Virus record (IMG/VR): IMGVR_UViG_3300004241_000002
Strand: one strand, 5' to 3'
Length of the DNA stretch: 64,000 bases
Origin: a virus
Positions 48,901 to 57,987 of this stretch are shown piece by piece. The position numbers and the translations under genes are program-made. The notes under the pieces are model-generated. The model was given only the letters and a program-made list of their open reading frames with translations. It was not told the origin of the DNA and searched no databases. The stretch's first letter is position 1. Each line of letters begins with the position of its first letter.

Positions 48901-51061
48901 TATTAGCAGAAGTAATAGTATATGTATTTAGACCATACATATATTTAAAATGTAACTTATTTGCTAAAGCAGTAACAGTTGATATAGTTCTATCGACCGG
49001 TATAGCCGCCCATTCCTTAAAGTTTGAAATACTTAAATATATACTATTTGGCCCCCAATATATAGTTGTTATATAATCTTCTGAATCTTCAGGAGAAGAA
49101 TCATAAACTTGAGTAGTTATATAATCTGTACCAGCTAATTCTTCTGTATAATTTTTAAATCTTACAGCCCTAGCATCAAAGTCATCAATCTCAAATGTCT
49201 TCTTTTCTATATTACCAGCAAACAATATATTTGCTTTTGTAGCTAACTCTTGACATATAAATATTTCAGATGAGGCAATATTAAATTCATCAACTGTCAT
49301 CTCACCTACAATTGCACCTACATCTGTTAATGTAATATTTGTGTTGTTAATTAAATCTATAGGTATATCTGCCGCTATATATACAGCAGGTACCTGATTA
49401 TAACTACCATAATGAATCCTAAGTAATTTTAATCTATTATATGAATTGTTACCAGAGAAATCTATATTTACTATAAATCCTTTTGATTTAACAGAATCAA
49501 CACCATCTCCTTTATAGTATAAATCATTGGCATAATAATCACTATCAGCTACTACATGTGCTGGATCACTTATATATGATATAGCAGATTCTGCACCATT
49601 TTCAATATATAGTTGATATGCATAGAATACTACACCTGTAGGAATAGTACCTGTTGTTATACCAGTTATAGTTGGTTTATTTAATTTAACTTCTGGTAAA
49701 AATTCAAATTTATCTACTCCCCAATAATCACCATCATTAACATATACTTCTCCTGTAATTGTAGATGGTTCAGATACATTAATATATCTTATAGGATTAA
49801 TACCATCTGTCCAATATACTTTTTGTATACTAGGAGATTCATATCTTGATACAGCTTTAATAGGATTATTAATATCAAAGTCTAATGTTGAATTATCAAC
49901 ATTCAAAGAATCATCATATAATAATTCTAGTGTATTTATTTCACTATTAGAAGTACCGCTTAATTTTAATTTATATATTTTTGAATTTTTTATAGTAGGC
50001 ATCATGGAATATACGTTATTCCAATTATTATCATATGGTGCAAAAGATCCTTCTATAGAAGATGCCCAGTCTATATCATCTATTATCTCAGGTATTAAAC
50101 TACCATTTTTATAGTGAGTTACAGCAAGATTTTGTTTAGTCCATATCTGAGTTCCTATTTGAATAGTGTCATAAACATTACCATCATAATCACTAACAGT
50201 ATCTCCAGAAGTCCACCCTATATTAGAATCACGAACACATCTAACAGATATCCCATCTGTGTTATTAAAAGTCGCATTCGTAACAAGTGATATATTATTA
50301 TCAAAAAAACTATATGATAAAAAAGCACTAGTAGAATCTGTACTTGCAAAAACACTTAATCTATTAAATTGTGCAAAAGGACCTAACTGTGTTCTATATC
50401 CAGTACCTATTGCACTAAACTCAGAACTATTTGTAGCACCAGTATTATATGGAAGTTCCCAATATGAATAGTTTCCAGGAAGAGTAATTGCTTCAGCAGT
50501 TGCTTGCGCTCCACCAAGATATGTACTTAATTCTTCCCATTCACTCTGGGATGGAATATGGTATCCTTCTGGAGCTAATCCTCTAGAATCTAATATAGCA
50601 TATTTGTTATATAATAATCCATAGGAAGAAATTCCAGGATCCATTATATTTGTTGTGAATAATACTATTTCATCCCTTACTTCAACACCACCTACTATAT
50701 ACATATCTTCTGGTATAGTATATGATGTAATATCTATAACTCTACCAGTACCAGTAAATGCTAAACCATTTGCTGTTTCACATGTAAATGTAGAATATAT
50801 TAAATATGTTACAGCATTATATATAATTGTATCTGCTACAACTAAATATATATGACCATCTATTAAAGGAGTTGTGTTTGTGAAGGCGCTATCACCAATA
50901 AACTTATTACCCTTTATATTTTCTATGGCACCTGTTGTACTAAAACCAGAACTTACTGGCCTAAAGTTTTCAGAGTGAACATACTTTTGATTATCCAATA
51001 AAGAGTAATGCAAGTCCTTAGACATGCCCTTCATAAACCCATTTATAACTTTTTCAGCCAT
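45902..51061 (-). CDS. large tail/receptor-binding structural protein (1719 aa) with an inserted FISUMP lectin-like domain
   Basis: Residues 146-350 (50012-50626) carry YGLLYNKYA, EGYHIPSQSEWEEL, SVRCVRD, DGNVYDTIQIGTQIWTKQNL and NNWNNV. These match my memory of the Fibrobacter succinogenes major paralogous domain. Confidence 0.7.
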   Translation of the reverse strand: MAEKVINGFMKGMSKDLHYSLLDNQKYVHSENFRPVSSGFSTTGAIENIKGNKFIGDSAFTNTTPLIDGHIYLVVADTIIYNAVTYLIYSTFTCETANGLAFTGTGRVIDITSYTIPEDMYIVGGVEVRDEIVLFTTNIMDPGISSYGLLYNKYAILDSRGLAPEGYHIPSQSEWEELSTYLGGAQATAEAITLPGNYSYWELPYNTGATNSSEFSAIGTGYRTQLGPFAQFNRLSVFASTDSTSAFLSYSFFDNNISLVTNATFNNTDGISVRCVRDSNIGWTSGDTVSDYDGNVYDTIQIGTQIWTKQNLAVTHYKNGSLIPEIIDDIDWASSIEGSFAPYDNNWNNVYSMMPTIKNSKIYKLKLSGTSNSEINTLELLYDDSLNVDNSTLDFDINNPIKAVSRYESPSIQKVYWTDGINPIRYINVSEPSTITGEVYVNDGDYWGVDKFEFLPEVKLNKPTITGITTGTIPTGVVFYAYQLYIENGAESAISYISDPAHVVADSDYYANDLYYKGDGVDSVKSKGFIVNIDFSGNNSYNRLKLLRIHYGSYNQVPAVYIAADIPIDLINNTNITLTDVGAIVGEMTVDEFNIASSEIFICQELATKANILFAGNIEKKTFEIDDFDARAVRFKNYTEELAGTDYITTQVYDSSPEDSEDYITTIYWGPNSIYLSISNFKEWAAIPVDRTISTVTALANKLHFKYMYGLNTYTITSANITFINPVWNGTEFVSEITSPDIIFIGTPVVLTECTISNTVVGGTIFEYTYTSTGATTILSKVSDITHGYGDLTILVPSDTSDPTSWDTAGWHNYHEDHDGINNYNNPDNDTDSNETYIYQSDSFTLGAEGPNITIGFDYDDFVIDEVATTPQTYYVGTEADGSYKNYSSPLNLGKLSWQRDEVYRLFIIFKNKRGQDTDPKWITDLRFPALRESTYGVLTDTSGTTTTARRIYPTIKIKDNTWPTDAISAQVYRVIRGKEDKQIVTQCLAYPFEYVDNGWYLATATDNLDTYTSGNENLIKLVSPEINITKNVSQSGNDYLEYITKYSSIDVGALTNGYNRRIVKCTENTPSSAITANDRSDINDVISIIAIDGDPVTFSVGGTSFYNYNDSAYINAKGSTGLVIKYSNNSWSAEDKVLAVVNYKNNCWTSQYGGLTYENRQFNNMLPCSDIIYEEDTTYNCEYGDTFITYFDVATLLYDPAIAEGETSFYSKNESVYIPLESSINCNLRVGAYQMHKQYGAVNSYLMQEELGVHMYTNNVPTLVVYNQTDDMYKYNTVYSQQPLIASRISIDTTRSNETVFDTQVRASNVKINGEYIDSWTRFGVNETIDVDSRYGPLNAMLEYGQSLYFWQDEAFGVLAVNDRSLIQDNNSAKLSLGTGGVLDRFDYISTQKGCEDKFSVVAGVAGVYWVDRRSLSINRFAESLADLALQKEVKSLFTIDADIATWPKYMSVQDKTNNEVLFTLANYEDGVISNPGITEVSLNRPFTLCFSETMDCFTSEYTFKPYIYIPYNNTFLSATTHNSLYITSPYPSNLLFVHNVDDTIQARNNFYGLYYNDALGRHRSKLRTVFNPYYLNTKVFDNMFYNGDIKLCTNASDTYKRDINETFDNELSPIHSVLFYNDYQTTGNHVLTYKTNLERRERTWQTIIPRNDVEALYNAQYLHPSIEDLSGDGTSYPERMRDKYLICEIDTKYSTNNTNSYRVIIENLGVTYRNSYR

Positions 51062-51063
51062 GA

Positions 51064-51987
51064 TTAATTATGGTTATAGTAAAATTGTTCCTGACCAAGT
51101 GTAGAGAACCCGGAAGAATGTTCACGTATTTCTGGGATTAACCTAACCCAAGCGTTCTTAATACTTTCAAGTTTATCAGCATTAGGCATTAATGCATCCC
51201 CATATGCTTGCTTACAATAGAAGTTCCATGATCGCCTAGCATCATAATATACAGCATCTCGTACCCTACCTTCAGCCCATTTAGGATACATAAGTTTCAT
51301 ATTAATATACCAATAGATTGCTTCTTTAAAACTTATATCATCGGGTATCATAGGATAACCGTCACAATCTGTAGGTATAGCCTGATAAGCCATCATAATA
51401 TAACCATTCCTAACATTACATTTTATATAACCACTAGTTATAACATAAGTTATATCATCTGTTGTATGTAAAGGATTGCCTACATTTGATACTAAGTTAT
51501 TTACTTTATCATATCCTGCTGCAAGCATAGAAGCCAATAGAACTCTCTTGTCAGGATTAGTATTAAGATATGTTATTGCTGCATCATAAGTTAAATCATA
51601 CACTTCCATAGCGTATGTAACTATATCTGATTCTGGAGGAGTTGTTGCTAAATTTGTATTTATATTAGTAATATCACCAAATGTTTCAAAATGACCTGTA
51701 GAGTACCTCATAGGTAGATAAGGACCATTCTGAACACTTGAATATGTCATTTGTATTAAAGAATAAAAATCACATGGTAACTTACATTGATAGTTAGCTA
51801 CTTCAAGTAAAGGAACTCCTTCTAACCCAGTAACCTTATTTACAAAATAAGGGAAAGCTCCTATCTTCTCAAGTGCTTCACCTGCCCATTCTATCATGTC
51901 AGACACCCTATGTGTCTCTTCCTTTAAATCTAAATCTGTAAATACTTTTGCTATAACAGATTTAACACTTGCTAATTTATATATCAT
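51064..51987 (-). CDS. hypothetical structural protein (307 aa)
   Basis: ORF inside the tail gene block. Confidence 0.55.
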   Translation of the reverse strand: MIYKLASVKSVIAKVFTDLDLKEETHRVSDMIEWAGEALEKIGAFPYFVNKVTGLEGVPLLEVANYQCKLPCDFYSLIQMTYSSVQNGPYLPMRYSTGHFETFGDITNINTNLATTPPESDIVTYAMEVYDLTYDAAITYLNTNPDKRVLLASMLAAGYDKVNNLVSNVGNPLHTTDDITYVITSGYIKCNVRNGYIMMAYQAIPTDCDGYPMIPDDISFKEAIYWYINMKLMYPKWAEGRVRDAVYYDARRSWNFYCKQAYGDALMPNADKLESIKNAWVRLIPEIREHSSGFSTLGQEQFYYNHN

Positions 51988-51997
51988 TTAATTAAAT

Positions 51998-54574
51998 TTA
52001 AATCTCTTTTAAAATTGCATAGTAATCTATTGCCTCTGCTGCTCGTCCTCCTCTAATTTCAGCTATACCTACAGTACTTGGAAATTGACTTGATACTGCT
52101 GAATAAGCTCCTTGAAATGGAAATAGATGTACTGTATTATTTGTAGCTAATGTACCACTATTTCCAGATACGAAACCTGCAATTGCAGGCCATGCGGAGG
52201 CACCATATAAACTTGCATTCATAGCTGCTGACGCAGATCCTGAAAAGAATAATGCAAGCATATATCTACCTTCTGATAGAGTCTTAGTCATACCAGTTAT
52301 GTCCCATGCACGAATACCACTATAACTTGCACTTTGAGAAGATGCATAATTTACTGTAGCAGTAGTACTATCTACTAATGTTAATTGAGTTGAATTAACT
52401 GGTGTATAAAGAGCTGCTCCATATGTCATTATAGGAGGAGTACTATTAGTTACTACAGACATAATAACTCTTACAGTTGATGCGGCTAACCCATTCCCTC
52501 CTAACCAAAATGGATTGAATAATATTCTACCACTAATAGCAGTAGCACTTAGATTTACTAATCTAGTTAAATACTCTCCTGGTATTATCTCGCACATAGA
52601 TCTATTAGGAGCAACACCACTTGGGGCAGCTACAGATAAATCTACATACTGCGCACCAGCAGACGTATTAATCGTAACATTAGTACCCCTAAATTGTACA
52701 GTACCACTTGAATAAGTTTGATTTGATGCAGCTAATGCGACACCCCCACCACCAGCATTTACTGATCCTGTAATAGTAGTAGAAACCCCATCAACAGATG
52801 AACCCCATGTTATACCATTTGAATCAGCAAAGTTAACGGTACCTACTCCAGCAATCTGTGCAGTAATAGTACTACCATTACCACCAAAAGATACACCATT
52901 GGAATTACTAAATACTACTGTACTATTTGTAACTGTTGCACCAGCAGCAGCTACAGCAACTCCACCACCAGCACCAGGATTAGCAGCAGACAAATTAATT
53001 GTAAGTCCATTGCTTGCACTAGTTATTGATGTAGATAAGTTAGTTACATTTATAGTTAATCCACCATGTGTATGTGTACTATTAGCTAATGTATTATTAG
53101 ATGTATAATAGTAATTGGCTCTTTCTCCTGTTAACATCACATTAGCTGTTTGTGCAAATGTGCTTGCTAAAGTAGCTGTCTGATAGGCAGAACTATTTCC
53201 TAAAGGAATATATAAATTGCTATGCGTATGATCAGTTTGAGCAGCAGTAGTTAAATATGCTCCTTGTGATTGATAGTTATGTGTATGAGTAGTATAACCA
53301 GTCCCAAGAGATAATGAATTGTCTGATGTTAATTGAAAGTGTTCACTAGCAGAAGTATTTATATATAAATTGCTATGAGTATGATTAGATGCAGCAGCGG
53401 TTGTTAACCAACCAGTTGTTGTGCCTGTATATGCATTATGGCTAGCAGTCATTGTACTGCCATTTAATCCAAAGGATACACCATTGAGATTTGCAAATTG
53501 TAATGTACCATTTGTTACAGTACTAGCAGCACTACCTGCTATAACTACACCTCCTCCTGCTGTTGGAGCAGCCACTGAAATTGCTAAACCATTAGAGTTA
53601 AGTGTAATAGAAGCATTAGTAGCAGAGGTTCCTGTTCCTGCAAACTTTGTTGTAGCAGAAGTATGTTGGAATAAACTACTTTGTGAAGTACTTAAAAAAA
53701 CACTATTGGCATTAGACAACATTGCTGTTGTAAGATATGCTCCTACACTTTGATAATTGTGTGTATGAGTAGTATATCCTGTACCTAATGACAAGTTATC
53801 ATTGGTAGTATATGCAAATACACTAGTGCTTTCAGATGCAATATAAGGATGAGAATGTGTCGATTGTGTATGAGTATGTGTGGAATATCCTGTACCAAGA
53901 GATAGCGAATTATCACTAGTAAGCTGATATAAACTACCAGCATTACTTGCCATAGCAGTAGTTAAATACTGACTATGTGTATGACTTGTATAATTAGTAT
54001 CAATAGCAGTTGTTAAGTATTGCGTGTGAACATGATTACTTAAAGCAGCTGTAGTAAGAAATGATCCACTAACAGATGTATTAACATACAAATCTGAATG
54101 AGTATGATTACTCATAGCAGCTGTAGTTATATACTGAGTATGGTCATGCCCAACTTCTGCAGCAGTAGTTAAATACTTTGGATAATATATAGTATTAGTT
54201 CCACCAGCAGTAGATACTAACATATCAGTACCAGATACTGTAGCAGCAGTCCATTCACCACCACCAGCTGCAGAACTATAAGTAGTTAACCATGCTGGTA
54301 TACCTAACGATAAACCATTAGTATCTAATGTACCTGCTATATTTATACCAGCAGTACTAGCAGTTGTTATACCAGTACCAGCATATGAATGAGTGTGAGC
54401 TGGAACAGAAACTGTACCAAGACCATATGGTAATTCATTCCATGAACTTAAACCATTACCAATTTTAACATTGTAATTATCAAATTCAATACCTAACTCA
54501 CCCTGTGCTAACACAGGATTTGCTAGTGTCCAATTACTGGAGTAATCTCTCCTAAGTTGAATTATTTGTGCCAT
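51998..54574 (-). CDS. tail fibre protein with 12 His-x-His motifs
   Basis: N-terminus IQLRRDYSSNWTLANPVLAQGELGIE..KIGNG..W..LPY is typical of phage fibre N-termini. Ser/Thr/Gly/Ala-rich repeats. HxH motifs lie between residues 60 and 503. Confidence 0.7.
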   Translation of the reverse strand: MAQIIQLRRDYSSNWTLANPVLAQGELGIEFDNYNVKIGNGLSSWNELPYGLGTVSVPAHTHSYAGTGITTASTAGINIAGTLDTNGLSLGIPAWLTTYSSAAGGGEWTAATVSGTDMLVSTAGGTNTIYYPKYLTTAAEVGHDHTQYITTAAMSNHTHSDLYVNTSVSGSFLTTAALSNHVHTQYLTTAIDTNYTSHTHSQYLTTAMASNAGSLYQLTSDNSLSLGTGYSTHTHTQSTHSHPYIASESTSVFAYTTNDNLSLGTGYTTHTHNYQSVGAYLTTAMLSNANSVFLSTSQSSLFQHTSATTKFAGTGTSATNASITLNSNGLAISVAAPTAGGGVVIAGSAASTVTNGTLQFANLNGVSFGLNGSTMTASHNAYTGTTTGWLTTAAASNHTHSNLYINTSASEHFQLTSDNSLSLGTGYTTHTHNYQSQGAYLTTAAQTDHTHSNLYIPLGNSSAYQTATLASTFAQTANVMLTGERANYYYTSNNTLANSTHTHGGLTINVTNLSTSITSASNGLTINLSAANPGAGGGVAVAAAGATVTNSTVVFSNSNGVSFGGNGSTITAQIAGVGTVNFADSNGITWGSSVDGVSTTITGSVNAGGGGVALAASNQTYSSGTVQFRGTNVTINTSAGAQYVDLSVAAPSGVAPNRSMCEIIPGEYLTRLVNLSATAISGRILFNPFWLGGNGLAASTVRVIMSVVTNSTPPIMTYGAALYTPVNSTQLTLVDSTTATVNYASSQSASYSGIRAWDITGMTKTLSEGRYMLALFFSGSASAAMNASLYGASAWPAIAGFVSGNSGTLATNNTVHLFPFQGAYSAVSSQFPSTVGIAEIRGGRAAEAIDYYAILKEI

Positions 54575-54696
54575 TAAGCTCCTCCACCATCTATAATAAT
54601 CGAACCACCATAAATAGAAAAGGCATTACCACCATCTATATTATAAGAAAATCTAGCCCAACCTATTTCTGAATCTAATATAACTATATCATTCAT
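54574..54696 (-). CDS. small ORF (40 aa) coupled to both neighbours
   Basis: MNDIVILDSEIGWARFSYNIDGGNAFSIYGGSIIIDGGGA. The ATG overlaps the collagen-like gene stop (ATGA) and the stop overlaps the fibre gene ATG (TAATG). It fills the only gap in this stretch and is below the ORF-track length cutoff. Confidence 0.4.
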   Translation of the reverse strand: MNDIVILDSEIGWARFSYNIDGGNAFSIYGGSIIIDGGGA

Positions 54697-55532
54697 ACTA
54701 CACTAACATTTATTGTTGATAGTTTACCATTCATATCATAAGAATAAGTTTTAGTAACAACATCTGTTAATCTATTCCATGTTATAGTTCTGATAGAACC
54801 ATCTAAATTATATATAAAAGATTTTGATTTACCACTATCATAATCTATTCTAGTTAATACATTATCTACATAAGTTAATGTACAACTATCTAAAGGATCG
54901 CCTTCGCCACCTCCGGTGCCAATTAAACCATCTATACCATCACGACCATCGCGACCATCTTTACCATGTCTAACAAAATAGTCTATACCATTTACAGGAG
55001 TTTTACCAGGTTTACCATCCTTACCATCTTTTCCATTAAGTCCTTTCTTCCCGTCTTTACCATCCTTACCATTCAGGCCAGCTTTGCCGTCCTTACCATC
55101 TTTACCATTTAGACCATCTTTACCATTGAGACCATCCTTACCAGGATCACCTTTATCTCCTTTAAGACCATCTTTACCATTAAGTCCGTCGATGCCATCT
55201 TTTCCATCAATACCATTTAAACCATCAATGCCATCTATGCCATCTCTGCCGTCTTTCCCAGGTTCACCATCTTTGCCATCACGACCATTAACGCCATCAA
55301 TACCATCCTTGCCTTTTTTACCAGGAAGACCATCTTTACCATTTCTACCATTAGTACCATCCAGACCATCTTTACCCGGAGGACCTATAAGATCACTTAA
55401 TGGTATTAAATTAAACACAAGATCAGAACCAACATATCCCCATTGAATATGTTCGCCATCGTTGATAAGTTTAATCTCCTTACCATCTTTACCACGAGGG
55501 CCTTTAACAGGTATGTTCCAATCGTCTAACAT
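54693..55532 (-). CDS. collagen-like repeat fibre protein (279 aa)
   Basis: About 42 uninterrupted G-X-Y triplets (residues 50-176), a second run at residues 190-209, and a non-collagenous C-terminal domain. Confidence 0.75.
   Translation of the reverse strand: MLDDWNIPVKGPRGKDGKEIKLINDGEHIQWGYVGSDLVFNLIPLSDLIGPPGKDGLDGTNGRNGKDGLPGKKGKDGIDGVNGRDGKDGEPGKDGRDGIDGIDGLNGIDGKDGIDGLNGKDGLKGDKGDPGKDGLNGKDGLNGKDGKDGKAGLNGKDGKDGKKGLNGKDGKDGKPGKTPVNGIDYFVRHGKDGRDGRDGIDGLIGTGGGEGDPLDSCTLTYVDNVLTRIDYDSGKSKSFIYNLDGSIRTITWNRLTDVVTKTYSYDMNGKLSTINVSVV
54903..55385 (-). repeat. G-X-Y (GKDG/GLNG/GIDG) coding repeat
   Basis: 9-nt periodic repeat read directly in the translation. It generates the spurious plus-strand ORF 55084..55446. 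Confidence 0.8.
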
Positions 55533-55999
55533 TACTTTTCAAAATAATCAATTATTCTATCCTTTATGCATTTAGCTACACTACGTTTATTTGCCCTAGT
55601 ATATACTAACCTATATAAATAAAAGTTATGAAATAAACTGTTACGCTTATTCCATTTTAATTCATATTTATACCCGCCTGAATGTTCATTAAAATTATAT
55701 ATTACTTTTCCTTTTGAAGTAGTCATCTGCCAATCAATCGGTGGCCTATTATTATAATCTACTTTCTTCTTCTCTACATAAGTATCACCAAGTCTAAATG
55801 GCATGTGAAATAATTCACCTTGCTTTATAATCTTATTAGATACCTCTTTATAAAATAAGCCCACTATCTTAGCGTATTCATTATACGTAATATAGTAGGC
55901 CGACTCTTTAGGAATGTTTTTGATATAATCTTCATACATATCTGGCATGGTATAAGGGTTCTGAATTACATTCTTTCCTCTACCATAAAACTTCGACAT
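55532..55999 (-). CDS. hypothetical protein (155 aa)
   Basis: ORF. Its stop overlaps the next ATG as TAATG at 55532. Confidence 0.55.
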   Translation of the reverse strand: MSKFYGRGKNVIQNPYTMPDMYEDYIKNIPKESAYYITYNEYAKIVGLFYKEVSNKIIKQGELFHMPFRLGDTYVEKKKVDYNNRPPIDWQMTTSKGKVIYNFNEHSGGYKYELKWNKRNSLFHNFYLYRLVYTRANKRSVAKCIKDRIIDYFEK

Positions 56000-56004
56000 A
56001 TATT

Positions 56005-56721
56005 TTACCTTACTGTATCACTTGATACAAAGTTTGCACTATCGTTTTTATTATCACTTAAAGCTGATACGCCTATACCTAATTCTTTCTTAAGAATCAT
56101 CTCCTTAAGAGTAGGTAACATATTAATAGGAATAGGATATGCATCATCCCAACCACCTTCGGTTGGTGTAGCATGTGAATTAATTATATTCATAACTTCA
56201 GTTGGCACTTCAAATATTCCTTTAATTGTAATTTGTTCTATTGCTTTAGGATATATTAAATATAATCTATTATCTCGTAAGAATGCTAAATTATCATTCT
56301 TTGTATATTTCTTATATTGCTGCCACTTGCTTCTAGCCTCATGAATAAACTGTATCTCATCGCCATCCACAGTTCCTATATATGTAAAACCTGATTTAAA
56401 ATTAAAATCAATTGTCTTAGGTATTGTTAACTCTGTACGTAACAAATAAGATTCACTAGATAAATCTAAAGAACCCGATTCGTCTACTATTTCTAATTTT
56501 AATGCTGGAATGGATTGTATATAATCTGGATTAGGAAGTTTATCCTTATCTATATCTTGTTTAAGTAGAATAGCCCTATGTTGATGTACCCACATTTCAA
56601 GTTGCCTCTTTGATATAGTCTCACTACGGGATACATCAAAGTTCCTGATAATGTTAAGTAGATCAGTGGTTATTGTATTTAATGTAGTAAAATTAATCAT
56701 TCTTTGTGGCCTCCCCAACAA
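56005..56721 (-). CDS. hypothetical structural protein (238 aa)
   Basis: ORF only. Confidence 0.55.
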   Translation of the reverse strand: MLGRPQRMINFTTLNTITTDLLNIIRNFDVSRSETISKRQLEMWVHQHRAILLKQDIDKDKLPNPDYIQSIPALKLEIVDESGSLDLSSESYLLRTELTIPKTIDFNFKSGFTYIGTVDGDEIQFIHEARSKWQQYKKYTKNDNLAFLRDNRLYLIYPKAIEQITIKGIFEVPTEVMNIINSHATPTEGGWDDAYPIPINMLPTLKEMILKKELGIGVSALSDNKNDSANFVSSDTVR

Positions 56722-57415
56722 ATTTAACTATCCTATAAGTTATATATCCTGTTATACCAACTCCAAGTCCAATTGATATAAATTTTTGGTTATTTAATTG
56801 TTTTCTATAAATATTATTAATTGCCTCTAAATTATCTATACTATTTAATAATAATTGTTTTTCTGATAATAATATTGAATTTTGATCACGACAATTATTA
56901 AATTTAAAAGTTGTTAAATAATATAAAGAATCTGATACACTTAAAGATGATACTAAATTATTATTAATTCTTTTTGTATAATCAAAAGCTAATACATCAT
57001 AATGTATGGCTTTTACTTGATTGGGGGCAAACCTATAAGGCAATGAGTCTTGTTTAGGTATATACCTATGCATCAAATAATTATACGATGAATCAGGTGT
57101 AATGTTTACCATTTCGTTCTCTAGCTCTGTTAACTTTAATTGTAGTTTCTGATTCTCCAGCTTTAGTTTATTATAGTCTTTTATTTTGTTATCAAGAATA
57201 GAATCCAATCTGGCATATAGTAACTCTTTTTTATTATATTCTGTGTGTAAAGAATCTACTTTTATAAATAATTCTTTATTTTCTTTAAGTAAATTATCTC
57301 TTTCAAATCTTAATATTTTAACTTTATCAAGATACATAGCTGACTTAACAACAAAAAATAAACAGGCTACTACTGCAGTACCCAATATTATATTCTTTAT
57401 TTTATTACTAATCAT
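56693..57415 (-). CDS. membrane-anchored coiled-coil protein (TM segments at both ends)
   Basis: N-terminal IILGTAVVACLFFVV, a central coiled coil (LKLENQKLQLKLTELENE) and C-terminal ISIGLGVGITGYITY. Confidence 0.55.
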   Translation of the reverse strand: MISNKIKNIILGTAVVACLFFVVKSAMYLDKVKILRFERDNLLKENKELFIKVDSLHTEYNKKELLYARLDSILDNKIKDYNKLKLENQKLQLKLTELENEMVNITPDSSYNYLMHRYIPKQDSLPYRFAPNQVKAIHYDVLAFDYTKRINNNLVSSLSVSDSLYYLTTFKFNNCRDQNSILLSEKQLLLNSIDNLEAINNIYRKQLNNQKFISIGLGVGITGYITYRIVKFVGEATKND

Positions 57416-57495
57416 CTTTTAGTTCTTTAATTATTTCACTAACAACAGTTTCTACAAATACAGTATAATCATACTCTGTTAAAAGATATTTATAA

Positions 57496-57987
57496 TCATA
57501 AAGATAGTTCCTTATTGTATTTTTTATATACTGTTCGTCCTCGTTCATCCTTTAACGCAATAAATATTTGGTTTCTATTATTATTATTTTTATATGAAAC
57601 ATGTATCCAACCTGGTTCATTATTTTCATCTGGAAATTCTGCAATTAGCTGATCAAATAAAAGATTATCTTTTATATAATTAAATATAGTTTTATTAGTT
57701 ACATGACCATATATGTTACCATCAATATCTAGTGCAGCACCATTATTAGCCATATGCTGACTCGTCCTAGAGCCCTTTAACTTTGAGTTTAAGGCCTTCG
57801 ACCTAAAGAATGATGTAATTGCTATAGCCCTGCCAACAAATGTCCGTAAGGGCTCAAAAACAGCCTCTGCTAGCAATACCATATTCTTTAATTGATATTC
57901 ATTTGGAATATTAAGAATACCATACTTTAAAGCGGTATAGGATCTAGTGGCTTCATTATATGTTATATGCTCTGATATATTTTTCAT
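57496..57987 (-). CDS. peptidase M15-family peptidoglycan hydrolase (endolysin candidate)
   Basis: SFFRS..N...GSRTSQHMANNGAALDID and GWIHVSY provide His/Asp/His zinc ligands in the usual M15 order. Confidence 0.75.
   Translation of the reverse strand: MKNISEHITYNEATRSYTALKYGILNIPNEYQLKNMVLLAEAVFEPLRTFVGRAIAITSFFRSKALNSKLKGSRTSQHMANNGAALDIDGNIYGHVTNKTIFNYIKDNLLFDQLIAEFPDENNEPGWIHVSYKNNNNRNQIFIALKDERGRTVYKKYNKELSL

Noticed and set aside
55084-55446. Plus-strand ORF (120 aa, Pro/Ser/Leu repeats) and the other antisense ORFs in the track (3014-3241, 3621-3863, 5333-5635, 16819-17354, 22820-23239, 27384-27716, 45707-45934, 48732-49076, 52515-53753, 59880-60068, 61916-62110 and others)
   Set aside because: All lie wholly inside longer, motif-supported genes on the other strand and have low-complexity or repeat-mirroring sequences. 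They are typical shadow ORFs.
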